Shown here one piece after another: positions 53,220 through 64,000 of a stretch of 64,000 nucleotides of DNA. The DNA is from Mytilus californianus (lineage: Eukaryota): NCBI RefSeq assembly GCF_021869535.1, contig NW_026262679.1, positions 92,839,982 through 92,903,981 on the forward strand, given 5' to 3'. Numbering within the stretch: position 1 is the first letter of the stretch; each line of letters begins with the position of its first letter. The notes beneath the pieces were generated by a model. That model saw only the letters and a list, made by a program, of their open reading frames with translations, did not search any database and was not told where the DNA came from. Made by a program: the position numbers and the translations under genes.

Positions 53220-53470
53220 TAGCGCTCGATGCAAGAAAATCTACTTGGGACACGGCATTCTAATATTCTGCATACTTGGTGCAGGAAAATCTACTTGGGA
53301 CACTGCATTCTAAAACTCTGGATACTTGGTACAAGAAAATCTACTTGGGACACTGCACTCTAATACTCTGCGTACTTGGTACAAGAAAATCTACTTGGGA
53401 CTCTGCATTCTAATACTCTGCGTACTTGGTGCAGGAAAATCTACTTGGGGCACTGCGTTATAAAACTCTG
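53220..53470. repeat. Minisatellite of about 4.5 units of 60 bp ('gcaagaaaatctacttgggacactgcattctaatactctgcgtacttggt')
   Basis: Read directly. The units diverge at only a few positions. Confidence 0.85.
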
Positions 53471-54347
53471 CATACTTAGTGCATGGTTAGCGATTTACCC
53501 GAGCAAACAGTACGTCAGCATTTTTATATGAAGACTTGGTTAATTATCAAGTCTATTAAATAATATCACCAAGCACTTTTACTTGGTGCAGCAAATTATA
53601 ATTTGAGAGATACTGCTAACTGCATGGAGGTTCTTGGAGAGAAGCTCCCAGTAGGAACATGCGTTCCGTATTTTAAACAAAATCGTCGTTACGTGTGACG
53701 TAATACACAAGTTATTCATAAACAAGAACAGGAACACGTAACGTTACATTTGGCGCGTTATACTGAAACTAATTATAAACAAATACAAAATGAACAACTA
53801 CACACATAAATTAAGTCGATATATAGATTTAAAGAAGTCAGTATATAATGTAAGGTTCAGGTAAGCTATTTCTTCTGTAAAATACGCCGAAACAGAACAC
53901 AACAACGGACATCTGCATGTACCAAGTGTGGAACGGAGACCACAGTGATAATATAAACACATCTATCTTGTTTACACAAGTTAAACCACAGTAAAATTAT
54001 CAGCTTTCAAATCACTGGGGCGTAACAATATATATATATATGAATAAGGAGGTGTTAATTGGTATACGTCAGTAAGGACACACAAAAACAACAGAAAAGA
54101 CACATCTAAAGAAACGTAGAGGTTGATTTACGTGAGCTACAATTACAATTACAATATTACGTGAAATGCTATCTAGAGGTCGACGTCTTCAATAATAAAT
54201 ACATTTCTTTATCATGTATTAAGCTCTATTTAATTGCTCGGAATTTAAATATAACGAAAGACAACCCCTAACAATGTTCCTGACTTGAAACAGGCACTTT
54301 GAGATAATGCAAATAAAGATCGTTTATAGAATATAATATCAGTATTA

Positions 54348-54588
54348 GAGCTTATTTCCTAATGCTTGTAGATTGAATTTTGGTTGGCTTGCTTGCTTTG
54401 CTTGTATACATTGTATGGATGATATCCTGGAGGTTAGGAATCTAAATATAATATATACAGGTTTAACTCCGCCTATTTATATTGTATGCAGATGTCAATC
54501 TTAATTACAATGCTTGAGAAAACATTCATCCACACAAAGCAAGCAAGCCAACCAAAGTCTTACTATACAAGCATTAGGAAATAAGCTC
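54348..54588. mobile_element. MITE-like element of about 240 bp with imperfect TIRs of about 50 bp ('gagcttatttcctaatgcttgta...ggttggcttgcttgctttg')
   Basis: The ends are reverse complements. The 'ggtt(a/g)gcttgcttg' motif is shared with the 50463-50760 foldback. Confidence 0.6.
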
Positions 54589-57500
54589 TAAAGATGTCCA
54601 AAACACAGGTAAAAATACAAGTAAAACAATGCAAAATAACTCACTGTATTAAAGAATGATCGAAATTATTGAAAGAAAGTTCTCACACTACTAAATCTGC
54701 TAGTATAAAAAACATGCCTTCTTACATACATATTCTAATATCGGTCACTTTACTTTGAGAGTGATTTCACACAGTAACTTAATGAACAGTGCAGAAAACA
54801 CGATACGGTGCAATTTCACCAAAAATAAAGTGTAGAGAATTGAAACATAAGTAGTTTGTAGTAGTATTTCAAACTCCCAGCCTCCCAGAAAACTAGTCAC
54901 AATGATATCAAAACAACCGTATATCTATAACATTTATCGATAATTCTATAAGTTTATTAAACATAAAAGATAGGTCTTATACTTGTTTCCTTTATTAAAG
55001 AATTGAATACTTCTTTTTATGATTTTATTGGATGTAAAGGGGTTGACCGAAACACATTGTGTATGACGCGGAAGCGCTTCATGTTAAAAATCGATCAACG
55101 CTTTTACAACCCTAAAAAGAAGAATTAAATTCTTATAATTACATTTTATACTACCACCATGAAAATTAATAGTTATATAAAGCTTTTGTTTTGTTTTACA
55201 ATGCACTAATTTAACATTGTCACGAATATCACGTGCAGCCATAGTTTTTGTATTTTATTTAGGAATTGAAGGATTATTGAGAAGCATTCAATTCGTATAT
55301 TTACATTTTTATGCTACAACCATGAAATTAAGAGTTATATCAAGCTTTTTTTCGTTTTTCTATGCATTGTTTTAGTTTTAACATTGTTACGGATAACACG
55401 TGCAAGCTGTTGTATTTTATACGGAAATAAAATATGATATTGGAGAGCCTCACGACTGTGGTCAGCCAATCAAAATAACGGATTTAAATGAAACATACAT
55501 ATAATGTAATATCATACGGAAACAAAATATGATATTGGAGTGCTTCGCGATTGCTGCCATCCAATCAAAATTACGGATGCTAACGAAACATACATGCAAT
55601 GTAATGTATTAATAAAACCACAAAAGTCTTCCTTTATAGAAATACCACTTTTATTAAATTCCTGAAAGTCAAATCATACTTTATATCAAATCCCTATATT
55701 TGTAATGAAAGTTCGTGTTCTATTTGTGACCAATTTATGTTATATGAATCCCGGTGGTTAAAATGATTCTATTCCAGTACAAGAGAACGCAACAAGTCCT
55801 ATTTGTGAACATCATGCGCATATAACATTTAGTTTATATATATGTACTGTATGTTTGTTGAATAGCACGTCAATCACTCAACAGTAAACACCCACGTCAT
55901 GCAGCAGCTGTTCCAAAGACATTAATATTCGTCACAGTTAACATGACGATGTTCGAACATTCAAATTATAATATTGACCTTTGCTGAATGTAAGCGAAAC
56001 TATTCTGAAATGTTTTTCTGATGTATTTTTTATATTGTGAAAGAAGTTTTGAAATAAAAATCAACGTTATACATGTATTATCAAGTTATAATAAACATAG
56101 TCGTACCCAGGTTGTACCTTGTCATCATGTATTACCGAGGTAAAGGTTTATGTGTCCTCATCACTCATTCCTTCATAGACACTGTACAGTACATTATTAT
56201 AAACATTTTTGATAAAAAATCTACCGAAGATATTTCTTGTCTAAATCAATTTTTTTTTCCTGTAAATACAGAAATGTCTGCAGTTTCTTGCAATAATTAT
56301 GAAATATATTTATGATTTACATTTTTGTGAAATCACTGTTTAAAGATCTTTAAATCTCCAACATTTGATATTTTTGTTTACAGGCAAATAGTTTGTTGTT
56401 GGAGAAAAGTGATTTTTTGGTAATAAGAATTAATGAAATTTAACTGTAAATGGAGTTACAGTAAATTCAGCTTAATTTAACTTTTGAATAAGATGACGGA
56501 TTAATTGATAGCTGAAAAAAAGTCAAAATTGAAAAACAAAATTCATCAAAGAATACTAATACACAAAGGAGTGTCAATGGTATAAAATGATCAACAATAT
56601 TAGCACTGATGGACAAATACACTACACAATCCTGAAATAATGCACAGGAAAATGTTTTAAATTGCTGACACATTAATAGTATTATACAAAAATATAAAAT
56701 CTTTAAGTTAAGCACAAAAAGTAAAATGTAAATGAGGTAAATGTCAGATGAACCCTGCCAGACAGACATGTACACTTTACAATCATACTATTCACCAAAT
56801 ATAGTTAGTCTATCCTATTGTTTTAATATAGTATCTGGGAAACATTTATAGAGTATAGTGGGGAAAGTAGCTTCTCTAGGTAATGTTAACGAATGCTCTT
56901 TTGGTGGAATAACGGGTAGCTGTCAGTAAAGAGTATGCCTGCTCACTTTTGTTGGGTAGTAGACCAAAAACGAGTTAGTAAATAGCTTCATAGACCATTG
57001 GGTTTATTGTGTAGAGTTGAGCAAACTGAGAATGGTACCCTCCAAAGGAGATGTATTAGTCCAATTTATTTAATATTATGGTCAATGATTTATTTTGTTA
57101 AATTTCACAATTTACAAATGACGGTGCTATATGGAAATCAGTTTCATGCATTAAGTTTTTTTTCAAAAAAAATACAAGACTAGATAATATATGTAAATGG
57201 TTCTCTGAAGGAAGTTTTAAAATTTCTCCAAGTAAAAACTGTTAGGAAATTAACTAGAAGGAAAAATATATATCCTCACAACTTGGCAAACATATATTAG
57301 AAACGGTTTTAAGCAGAGGCGGATTTAGGGGTGGGGCAGGGTTAGTTTTTGACCATGTCTTTAAAAACTGTGCTTTATATGAAATAATAGGGAAATTTGG
57401 GATATATGAAACACCTTTGACCTAAGACTAGATATTTTGCAAATGAAATAGAGTTAAAAGTTTGATATTTAAACAGGATCGAGGAATAAAAAAAATAAGA

Positions 57501-60184
57501 AGCTACTGAGTGTATTTCATTATATCTAGGTAAATACGCCTTTATCCGGTTTAGATTACCAATCCATTCAGTTGAATTACTGGTGCAACCTTCAAATTTA
57601 CTGCAAAAATGTGTATAATACGTTATTTTAGATATTCAGAGGGGATCTGGGCTCATATTCCCTGTCAGTGTTTTATATCTCCTTAGCCGCCAGGCGAAGT
57701 GCATATAGATTACTGACATGGTATATAATCCAATACCCGAATAACAATTATATTATACTGGAGTGTCCTGATCTCAACATTAATTACCATTCTATCTTTG
57801 CTTTTGTTCACAGGTTATATGAGCTCACAGAGTTCACATACCCTGTCAAGGTAACCAATCAAAATGCATGATAAATGCCTCCTTATTATTTGCAACGTCG
57901 CTAATACAACGCGTTGGATGTGTTCTGATCTACCCCACAGTTCAGCAAACATATTTAAGATGAAATTAAAAGAACATGAAAAAAAATGAAGTACGATGTT
58001 TTTATATATACGATAATACTGCGGATCGACGCCGTGTGTTGCAATCGTTATATAGCGTAAGGGAATTAACTCAATTCATCTCGTTAAAGAAGATCAGTTG
58101 CAGAAGAGTCTATACCAAAATTTACGAATGGCTAGTTGAATAATTCTGCTGCCTAACTTACAATTGATACTTTGTATGTAAAATTGTGAAAATGGGAGCG
58201 AGACAATTAAGTGGCGGATCTAGGATTTTAAAAAATCGGGAGGGGCACACCGAAAAACTAAGTTAGCAGGACGGCAGAGAAAATTTGTAAAAAAGTACTG
58301 CAACCACACATTCTCCACAACACGTAAGGACCGGTCCCTTCGCCTCCTCCTGTTAACATTGACACTGTATTCGTTATAAAAGAGTTATTAACATATCAGT
58401 ATAAATGAATAAGATTATGGTTGCCAGTGAGACAACTCTCTATACACGTGAACACTTACAGGTCAATCCACGACCTTTCACAATGCGCAAACACCCATAC
58501 CGTATAGTAAACTTTAAAAGGCACTGGTGTTACAAAATGTAAACAACTTTGAAAGAAAACCCCAACGACATCCAGTGCATTTTAGATTCATGGCTTATGT
58601 CTGACCCAAAAACATCACTGAAGACACATTAATTGTCGAAATGCCCATCTGGTGCAGTAAAATTGGTACCGTTAATATCATTATAGCAGTATTGAAAATT
58701 CTTCGTACATGTAAAAACAATTTGAACATGGAAAGCATTTAAAAAAAAATACCATGGAGTGTTTGTAAGCGAGATGCTGGTAACAGAAAGACAACATCAT
58801 GTCCAAATACATACAAGCGAAAAGATAAGACAACAAATGAACTTGGTGAAAACTAAAGATAAGCAACACGATTCCCATTACCATGGATGGGTTTGGATAT
58901 TCTTTAAGTTCCCTTATGGTCATATATAGCGCTACACGTGTCGAGGTACTTATATACCCTTGGCTTTCAATTTTTGGGGTTTATAGAGCGTCCCTGATGA
59001 AGGTAATGTCCAGGAAAGTGCTCCAGGCCCACCAAATTCATTATTTTTTTTTCATTTTCCAATCCCACTAAAAAATGGTAATCGATAAAATACTAATTGA
59101 AGAGGAAAAAACTGATTCTACTTTTCTTTTAAGTATAATTCTAACATCACTCACCAGTTTATTTTTTTAAGATAAAACTGACAATGTCTGGATAGGATAA
59201 ATGATTTTATTTACTAAAAACAGACTTATTGCCAAAACTACGGTGGTAAGGTTGCATTTCTAATATGAATAGAGCTGGAAATGCAAAAGTATGTGTCTGG
59301 CGTCTGTTAATGAAACAATTCTAGTTAGGCCCGGTTCTGCTTTCTATGATGAACTTGCATCTTCAACATCTACAACATAATAGAACAACAATAATAGTAA
59401 AATTTATTATCAATATAGCTGTAAAAAAGAATCAGAGAATGGACAATACTGATTTTTTAAAAGTTTTTATGGTAATTTTCCGACAATTTTCATAACTGTT
59501 ACAGATGAATTATTTTAACTGTTATGTAATAATAAAGAACACGCGCTTCCTGTTTTGCAACTTTGGATCTGAATGAAACCTTATGAAATATTTCAGTGAT
59601 GAATCTAATGACTTTGATTATTGTTGGAGCAATTTCTTCCCAAAAATATTAATAATTTTGAATTAAATCAAATCTGTAATTACAGTCTCTTTTTTGCGAT
59701 ATTTTTTCCTATTTAAAAATTTTGTCACGTTAACTCGTGACTTTTGTTTCAAAGTGCTTGTACCATGTCAGTAGCTTGAAAGATATTTACAAATTATCAA
59801 GTAAACATTCGTATGCAGGCAAAAGCAAAATGAAAGTATAAACATATGTGCTTTTGAATGAAAGGTCAACATTCAATCATAGATTAGGAACGTTGTCAAT
59901 AATTGTCTTCTATTATTTATCAATAATTAAGTTGTTTTCTTCTTTTAGTAATGGAAATCGTTTTTGGCAAGGCCAATTAAACTCCCTCCTTTTTATAGAG
60001 CTTTACACGTGATTATTTGTTGAGGACTGAATGCGGAACTCTTACATGTCTTTTGCTTGTTCAATTTTGTGGCGTGGGGATGCTATCACACGGACGAACG
60101 TCCAATATCTCTTCTAATTGATATTATTTAAAGCTAATATTTCGTATGAACTTGATACTAAAATTCAGTATAAGGGATACTTGC

Positions 60185-60466
60185 TTAAAACAATGAGATT
60201 AACGTCAGTGCTGATAGATCCATCTACAGTTGTTGCTGTACATGTGTATACCCCCGCATCATTTATAGTTACACCAAGAATAAAAAAGTCATCACTATCA
60301 ACTATCGTATACATTCGCCTTTCTTGTGCAGCAGGAAAATCATCTACACCATCTTTTGACCATGAAATGATCGGACTTGATCGACCAGTAGCAGAACATT
60401 CAAATCTAGCAAATTTTCCTTTTTCCACCCAGACGTCAGATGGTTTCTTGATAAAACGAATGTTTT
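60185..60466 (-). CDS. Exon encoding a complete immunoglobulin I-set/C2 domain of an IgSF adhesion-type protein. Translation: (E)NIRFIKKPSDVWVEKGKFARFECSATGRSSPIISWSKDGVDDFPAAQERRMYTIVDSDDFFILGVTINDAGVYTCTATTVDGSISTDVNLIVL.
   Basis: Minus-strand acceptor 'cgtatttttacag|AAAAC' (the + strand 'ctg' is at 60467-60469). Candidate GC-AG donor 'TTTTAA|gcaagt' (the + strand 'acttgc' is at 60179-60184). The exon is 282 bp, phase 1 at both ends. Canonical Ig features are present: 'V.EG....F.C.A.G.P.P.I.W.KDG...' through 'D.G.Y.C.A.N'. Confidence 0.7.
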
Positions 60467-61730
60467 CTGTAAAAATACGTCAATCCTTTGGAATTAGTTT
60501 TCCTTCCACATAATGTAGACGGTGTTGTTTTCCCTTCGGTATACACCACATCTAACTCTTTATATGTTTGTTAAATAGATTTAATAAATTTAGCTGCACA
60601 ACTGGCGAGCTGATGCCATAATGATATGTTTTTTTTATGTACTATCATAGTCTAAGTGTTGTGGTTTAAGGATTAAATACTTTATGTTCGGTTGAGGAAC
60701 GAATGAGAACATAATTATAGATAACTTTGGACCAAATTAACATAACAGTCACTACTCTGGTCATACATGAATCACCGTCCTCAACTTTACAACTAATCTT
60801 ACTAGAAAAGTGTATATAACATTTCAGGTAACAAAGCAATTTTACTTCCAATGTGCTAGTTGTTTATAGTGAACAGTTGTACAATCTTTGTTACACAACA
60901 TGATCTGACATAAGCTCAAACTGAAACAGGAAGACCCGAGTGCAAGTTTTAAAAATTGCATGAAATATTGATGCATTGCGCGAGGGTTCTTCATTTCCTG
61001 TTTAGATATTGTCCGTCCTGTGAAAACCATGTGTACCTGTGCATTGTGTGCAATACTTTATATTTACTAAAACGGCCAAAATGATTAGATATTGGCCGGC
61101 CTATCTTGTTCAAAACGTTAAATTTTGCTGTCCCCGCATGAGTGGAAAAAGGCACGGATCATTTATCTTGTGAGTTGCGGGTGTTTTTTTAAACAAATAA
61201 TTGATTATAACTTTAATCATATACAAACTATTTTAAACATGGTGGTTAAACATGAATTGCTCTGATTGTTTTGGTTAAATAAATTAATACTAATCTCAAC
61301 TACAGAAAGACAATTTCTTTCTTAAAAATGAGAATTTCCGAAGCAAAACTATATACGTAAATTATTTATAATAAAAAATATACATAGTATTATTTAATCA
61401 GTCAGTAAATCAATATTATTGTTTTTGCAATGTTTGCACCTTCTTATACAGTTTTCTTTTCATACGAAACATTTTCGTTCACCTTTCCAAAATGAATATA
61501 TACTCTGAGTTTTGGTATACTATCAGTTTCATTTCGGATTGTCATTTAAGGAACTATCGAAATCTAAAGGAGAACATTTATTGATTCTAAATAAATATAT
61601 GCATAAAGCTGTAGGACTATTGGAAAATATTAAAGACAAATTTTACAACTGATTGATAATATCTAAAATCATCACTATTATGTTATGGGCTTGTGAAACT
61701 CATAACACTATATCAATTCATTGTAATTAC

Positions 61731-61950
61731 CATTAACGGCATTCACGTTAAGTAAAACCATTCTTCTAACTGTATTCTTAGCACTAACTTGACATTCGTA
61801 TTCTCCTGCATCACCTGGTTTGACATCCGTAATAATCAAATTCCAATCGTTTGTTCCTGTTGCATGTTGAATTGATATACGTGAATCAGAAGTGAACACA
61901 TATTGTCCAATGGTTAATGGATGGACATCAGAAATACGTCTCCAGATAAC
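61731..61950 (-). CDS. Exon encoding the C-terminal two-thirds (strands C-G) of an Ig V-set-like domain of the same IgSF gene. Translation: VIWRRISDVHPLTIGQYVFTSDSRISIQHATGTNDWNLIITDVKPGDAGEYECQVSAKNTVRRMVLLNVNAVN.
   Basis: Acceptor 'atatcaatatgcag|GTTATC' on the - strand. Donor 'AATG|gtaatt' (the + strand 'aattac' is at 61725-61730). Phase 0 then phase 1 fits the downstream phase-1 exon. 'W.R......L.IG..V.T.D.R.S......W.L.I..V...D.G.Y.CQV' is the pattern of first Ig domains in IgLON, lachesin, DPR and Kirrel-type neural CAMs. The B-strand Cys must lie in an upstream exon that was not found in the window. Confidence 0.65.
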
Positions 61951-64000
61951 CTGCATATTGATATATGTGCTTAAAACTTATTTTTGATGTCATATAAGTA
62001 AAGAAGATTTGGGGGTCAATAGTAATGAGACAGCAACCCTTAGACAACAAAAGACACAGAAGTTAATTGAATGATCTATGTGTATTTTTTATGGAGTGAT
62101 CTTCATAGCAATAGAAAAACAAAGGATATGGGGTATCCAGCCATGACACAAAATCAGTACATGCACAGCAAAATAAAAACACACTAAAAGCAAAGGAACA
62201 GCGCTTTTATTGCTGTTCTTCATCTCAAAGTCACAGCGAGCCCTTCAACACGGAGCAAAAATTCTTACCTCACTGCAAGTTTAAGACGGCCCCTAGCACT
62301 GGTTTGAGTGGAATTCTTTGCAAAAATAATTTGGGTAATTTTGATAGACTTTATAAGTATATTTGTGGTCTAGTGTATTTTTTGCAAATGCAAAAATTGT
62401 AATGTGTTCTAGCAAAAATAACTTATACAGCTTAATGTGGTTCCTGTTGCTCAGTTGTTATTTTTCTTTATTGTATTTTGTAGACTGTTGTTTGTCTTTT
62501 CTTAATTTTTCGTTTTTTGTTTGCCATGTCAGTTCGTTTTCGACTTATGAGTTTGAATATCCCTTTGAAATATTCCGCCTGTCTTAATAGCAATGACAGC
62601 AATCATGTAGACATACAAATGACATCACTGTTTTTATCTATTGATGTACTTTTCACAATGTCGTCGTTATAAGATGCATGTTTGTAGTCTAGTCTATATT
62701 CTGCAAACGGTTCATTTACATAAATACATGTCTTGTTTATTGAAGAATATAATGCTAACTTGCTTTCAAAAGTTGGAATGTGTTCAAGCAAAATATACTT
62801 ATACCTTTGTATCTGACTTTCAAATAAAACAAATTTCGTTAAACTGACAAATATATATGCAACTATAAAGAGTGGTTCATCTATGAAACTTGATCCACGT
62901 AGCAGAGCAAATCAATGATAAATATGCATTGTTTCAAACTAGATACTAGTTATCTTCTTTATAGAACTGAATGCTGTGTTTATTGTGAAAATGAAACAGG
63001 TAACTTCCCTTTTTTCATGGAGAGCAGATATAAAAAAAAAAGTCCAGTATCTAATTCTGATTTTTACAAATCTTCAAAAGTAAACGTTAGCGTAAATACC
63101 TTTTGAATCTGAAAGTAAACCCTAAACACAAAAAATCGAGTGAACTCATCTAGTGAGACGAAAGCAGTATCACGCCACGTGGAATCAATTTAACGTCATT
63201 TAGCTTATCATAACATATTATTTAATTTCAATACGTATTATACATGTTCATCGTTTGTAAACAATTAATTATCACATATTTCTATAAAAATATTCATATT
63301 TACAATATGAAAGGTCAACCACTATTTCAAATTGATTAATTTTGCGATTTATTCTTTTAAACATAAAAGTTTGCAGGATGTCATTTTGTTTGAACGTTTC
63401 CGGTAAAGGTAAGTCCAGAAATGCGTTTCGGACGCACCAAATATTTAAATTATTTCATTTTACAAAAACAATTTATACGATCACACCAGTATCTTTATCT
63501 AAATAAAAGATATACTTTTTATATGCCGTCCGTCAGTAAACTATGAATTAGCAATATGCCGTCCGTCAGTAAACTATGAATTAGCAAAGTACATTGTAGT
63601 TACGAAGATTTTATAGTGGCAATAGGAAAAAACTAAAATAATTGGAATAGGCAAACCATGAAATAGTCAACTTTACATGCGAATTAAGTAAATACAAATA
63701 AAATGTTTAACAAGGTTTAGAGCCAAACAAGGATAATGCTTGAAGTTTTAGAACGATATAAAAAGAAAGTCCGGGTTACCATATGAACAAAACATAACAC
63801 TCATACATAAATCTAGAGATATCAAAAAGTTTATCATCGGAAACATGGCAAGATGAGGAACCCCCAAGAAAACAAAACAACATGTGTATATATTTTAAAG
63901 GAGTAGGCTCGGTAAGACCCCTTTTTGGCCCCAAAATATAGCATTTTACAAATTTGTTGAAAATGTATACTTTTAGCTATTCATTGGAAAGTAGAATACT

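Overview
This window is eukaryotic DNA, not prokaryotic. It is AT-rich with large introns, GT-AG splice junctions, long homopolymer runs, satellite arrays and nested retroelements. The repeat content (150-170 bp satellites embedded in hairpin-ended non-autonomous elements) looks like a bivalve mollusc genome. I see no operons, CRISPR arrays or bacterial defence systems; most ORFs in the six-frame track are artefacts of repeats.

Two protein-coding genes are supported by splice-site-consistent conserved exons:
- The last three exons of a flavin-containing polyamine/spermine oxidase (PAOX/SMOX family) gene on the + strand, at 3644-3773, 31703-31820 and 34183-34296 (ending in TGA). The first two are separated by an intron of about 28 kb filled with transposable elements.
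- Two exons of an immunoglobulin-superfamily cell-adhesion-type gene on the - strand, at 61731-61950 (V-set fragment) and 60185-60466 (I-set domain).

The rest is repeats and mobile elements:
- Two arrays of a roughly 150-bp satellite (1-1900 and 11960-12640).
- Two copies of a large composite 'pearl'/Helentron-like non-autonomous element (16260-18580 and 40226-44190). Each carries a 5' hairpin, a (GTC)n microsatellite, and internal tandem arrays of about 160, 32 and 131 bp, plus poly-G runs.
- The second copy is pierced by a 5'-truncated LINE (41494-42693, - strand) that has clean junctions and a CCHC tail.
- A degenerate Penelope-like element with RT and GIY-YIG endonuclease domains (about 50995-52760, - strand), flanked by two long palindromic foldback elements.
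- A tandem array of tRNA-derived SINE-like units with A and B boxes (49717-50430).
- Several MITEs, including one with 34-bp TIRs and a TTA target-site duplication at 5477-5952.
- Long perfect palindromes and minisatellites.

The composite hairpin-ended elements with four different internal tandem arrays, and the PLE flanked by related foldbacks, are the most unusual structures.
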